DNA of 26,415 bases from Thermoplasmatota archaeon (GTDB taxonomy: Archaea; Thermoplasmatota; Poseidoniia; Poseidoniales; Thalassarchaeaceae): the NCBI GenBank assembly GCA_036228805.1, contig JAZANC010000005.1, forward strand, positions 1-26,415. The letters run 5' to 3'. A program made the position numbers and the translations under genes. The notes under the pieces are model-generated. The model searched no databases and was not told where the DNA came from. It saw nothing but the letters and a program-made list of their open reading frames with translations. Position 1 is the first letter of the stretch; each line of letters starts with the position of its first letter. Shown in pieces: positions 25,601-26,415 of this stretch.

Positions 25601-26414
25601 ATTCTTGAGCTTCGCAGGATCGAACGTACATACCCGGGGCAATCACATCTGGTTTGATTCTGCCATCATCAGTTGGGCCTTCACTGCTGTATGGATACAT
25701 TGCATCCGGGGACCCTCCATATCTATTCTGATGGGCTCCTACTGCGATTACATTCTTTGCTGTGGCTGGGGGGGAGATGCCGCTGCTGCCTTCGTTGCCG
25801 GCTGAGAAGAAGACTGACATTCCTTCGTATGTCCAATATTGATCCCATGTGCTAATTCGGTCATCGGCATCCTCTGCTGATGTTGTATATGTGTTGTAAC
25901 CGGATCCCGAGCCCCAGCTGTTGGTATGGAAACGTGCTCCGTTGTTGTATGCTTGGGAGAGCATGGTATCAATTCCATAACTGTACAAACTGCCAGAGTC
26001 ATCATCCTCCATTGCCTGAAAGATGATTTCGGCTTCTGGGGCCACTCCGGCATACTGTCCCGAGCTTCTGTAACCGGATCCCACGGCCGTACAAGCTACG
26101 TGCGTCCCATGTCCGGAGGCATCTGCTGTGGAGCTATCGCCAGGAGTTACTGATGTTCTAGAAACAATCCTGGATCCGAAATCACCATGGTCATGATCTA
26201 TGCCGGAGTCTCCGACCGCAATTCTCTGTCCTGAACCATCGAGGGTGGTTGAGAACCATGACTGTACATCCTCAGATTCAGTGTGATCCCTGACCTCATC
26301 GTTTGAGAGTACAAGTTGAGGCATTGGAGCGATCCATGCCACAGCAGGATTTTCAAGTACTGAGGCGATTGATTCGTAGCCGATTGAACCCCATCTACGG
26401 CCGTTATCAACAAT
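22671..26414 (-). CDS. Membrane-anchored subtilisin-family (S8, Kp43-like) protease with CARDB and Ig-like repeats; 5' end runs off the window
   Basis: Catalytic motifs IAVGDSG (Asp), SGHGTHVA (His), SAGNEG (oxyanion Asn) and SGTSMATP (Ser); 'EGWGRIDL'; 'LKVVLAWSDYP...NDLDLEV' C-terminal domain. The frame stays open upstream of 26342 to the window edge (IVDNGRRWGSIGYESIASVLENPAV), so the track's start is not the true start. Confidence 0.93.
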   Translation of the reverse strand: MVDNGRRWGSIGYESIASVLENPAVAWIAPMPQLVLSNDEVRDHTESEDVQSWFSTTLDGSGQRIAVGDSGIDHDHGDFGSRIVSRTSVTPGDSSTADASGHGTHVACTAVGSGYRSSGQYAGVAPEAEIIFQAMEDDDSGSLYSYGIDTMLSQAYNNGARFHTNSWGSGSGYNTYTTSAEDADDRISTWDQYWTYEGMSVFFSAGNEGSSGISPPATAKNVIAVGAHQNRYGGSPDAMYPYSSEGPTDDGRIKPDVIAPGMYVRSCEAQESGGSNDLGQWYEEFSGTSMATPAAAGASILIREYLMEIAQRPAPQASLIKAMLILGAEDVGTPNIPNNVEGWGRIDLSNSLVPESDVGIFVDDRHRLKSGEIDEYSFEVTRAGEPLKVVLAWSDYPGSTSSSDQLRNDLDLEVISPGGTSTYLGNVFSQGRSVTGGQADSVNNVEAVLVESAGLGVWTVRVSDVYHAGARQYQPYSIALRGVNVNDLTPDPAVDADSFTLSTPIPQVGETVTIGATVANLGAGSVPSVSISASSPGQPLGVRTISMAPGEVVPLEWQWTPVASGTRQISIEIDPNDQVEESSEQNNLFTIPIEVSEPGIRVETDNPNPLMTVPSGFTTLQITLTNTALFPTNASISASNVVRMSDGATVPWYSSFSQTEVDLNASEEKQISFALAHPNPPQPGVYRVIITGIDEVNDVTSELILRLTVSSFPAVELRVPGGTLAVDAFEPSSASLQLTNEGNGPQTYDLALEAPAGWRATLDNLGTFVDSTHGSTGTLTQGDSRSIEITLKPPSVVVTAGTQMSAQLTISARTTTDSWVEDIPLIVSPTDKIRLTPGSDGIDEQVRPDERHEVPVQIVNEGNRDISLTPQIISLPGGWSSASSTQTIAIDKSSTSIWNLILEGNGLAVGGLVKVRFLTQDGNAFLWNRTIDVTSGAKPLVSFSSIVSADGSTSTSPLGLGALPVGTPFDLSWDVANQGLGAWSPVAELTAQEDDWSTPCSPIGTVKPGTSSKVWCSVTIPETQQGGSEAILTLRLEDGGLVAIDTVSLLVKRTSKMQWSFQGNMPIINTGDTTQITLDVENLGNSPINSKIQVDAPSGWSYEIVQDTILSLSPGESRSVEIEITAGTARGPVVIDLQGGSTIEGSSYEIPLQVRASESGDLPLSLILIGLVIVVAIGVFTTIRLRAAAESKGSLFSKNEIEDRAAAIDWAKAAIETGQTEESVSMQLQSTGWSAPQSKAIIDLSKR

Positions 26415-26415
26415 G

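Noticed and set aside
137-26153. Numerous 60-160 aa plus-strand ORFs in the track
   Set aside because: All except 1880-2122 lie antisense within well-supported genes and show no recognisable motifs; expected shadow ORFs at this GC content.
1-26415. tRNA, rRNA, CRISPR array, transposon, or selenocysteine/frameshift recoding
   Set aside because: All intergenic gaps are under 90 bp and show no such structure; every recognised gene has an uninterrupted frame with an expected C-terminus. This was a by-eye check; tRNAscan-SE and Infernal would confirm it.

Overview
Gene-dense archaeal chromosomal window, almost all on the minus strand. The archaeal assignment rests on aIF1A, RIO1, a Dim2-like KH protein, split nuoJ and GGTGA/GGAGG ribosome-binding sites. 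Marine Group II (Poseidoniales) is inferred from the gene mix only. In transcription order (right to left): a 5'-truncated membrane-anchored S8 protease with Ig-like repeats; a non-catalytic surface protein with seven Ig-like domains; a complete 11-subunit complex I-like operon (nuoA B C D H I J1 J2 K L M N) with no nuoEFG or fpoF in the operon; an aIF1A / membrane protein / RIO1 / KH / DUF63 operon; an M29 aminopeptidase; one small plus-strand zinc-finger-like gene; and the start of a leucine-catabolism cluster (methylcrotonyl-CoA carboxylase beta subunit, then a truncated crotonase-family gene missing from the ORF track). I saw no tRNA, rRNA, CRISPR array or mobile element. This is mostly core genome, so I do not claim a wholly new system. 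The best leads are: (1) a NuoI with an SH3/Tudor-like insertion and a Lys-rich tail, possibly a built-in ferredoxin dock; (2) a shared non-canonical upstream motif (TTCA(A/C)(A/G)...(A/C)CCT...GC-ATG) at fixed spacing before four genes; (3) a small C2H2-like protein; (4) an aIF1A with a long acidic tail.
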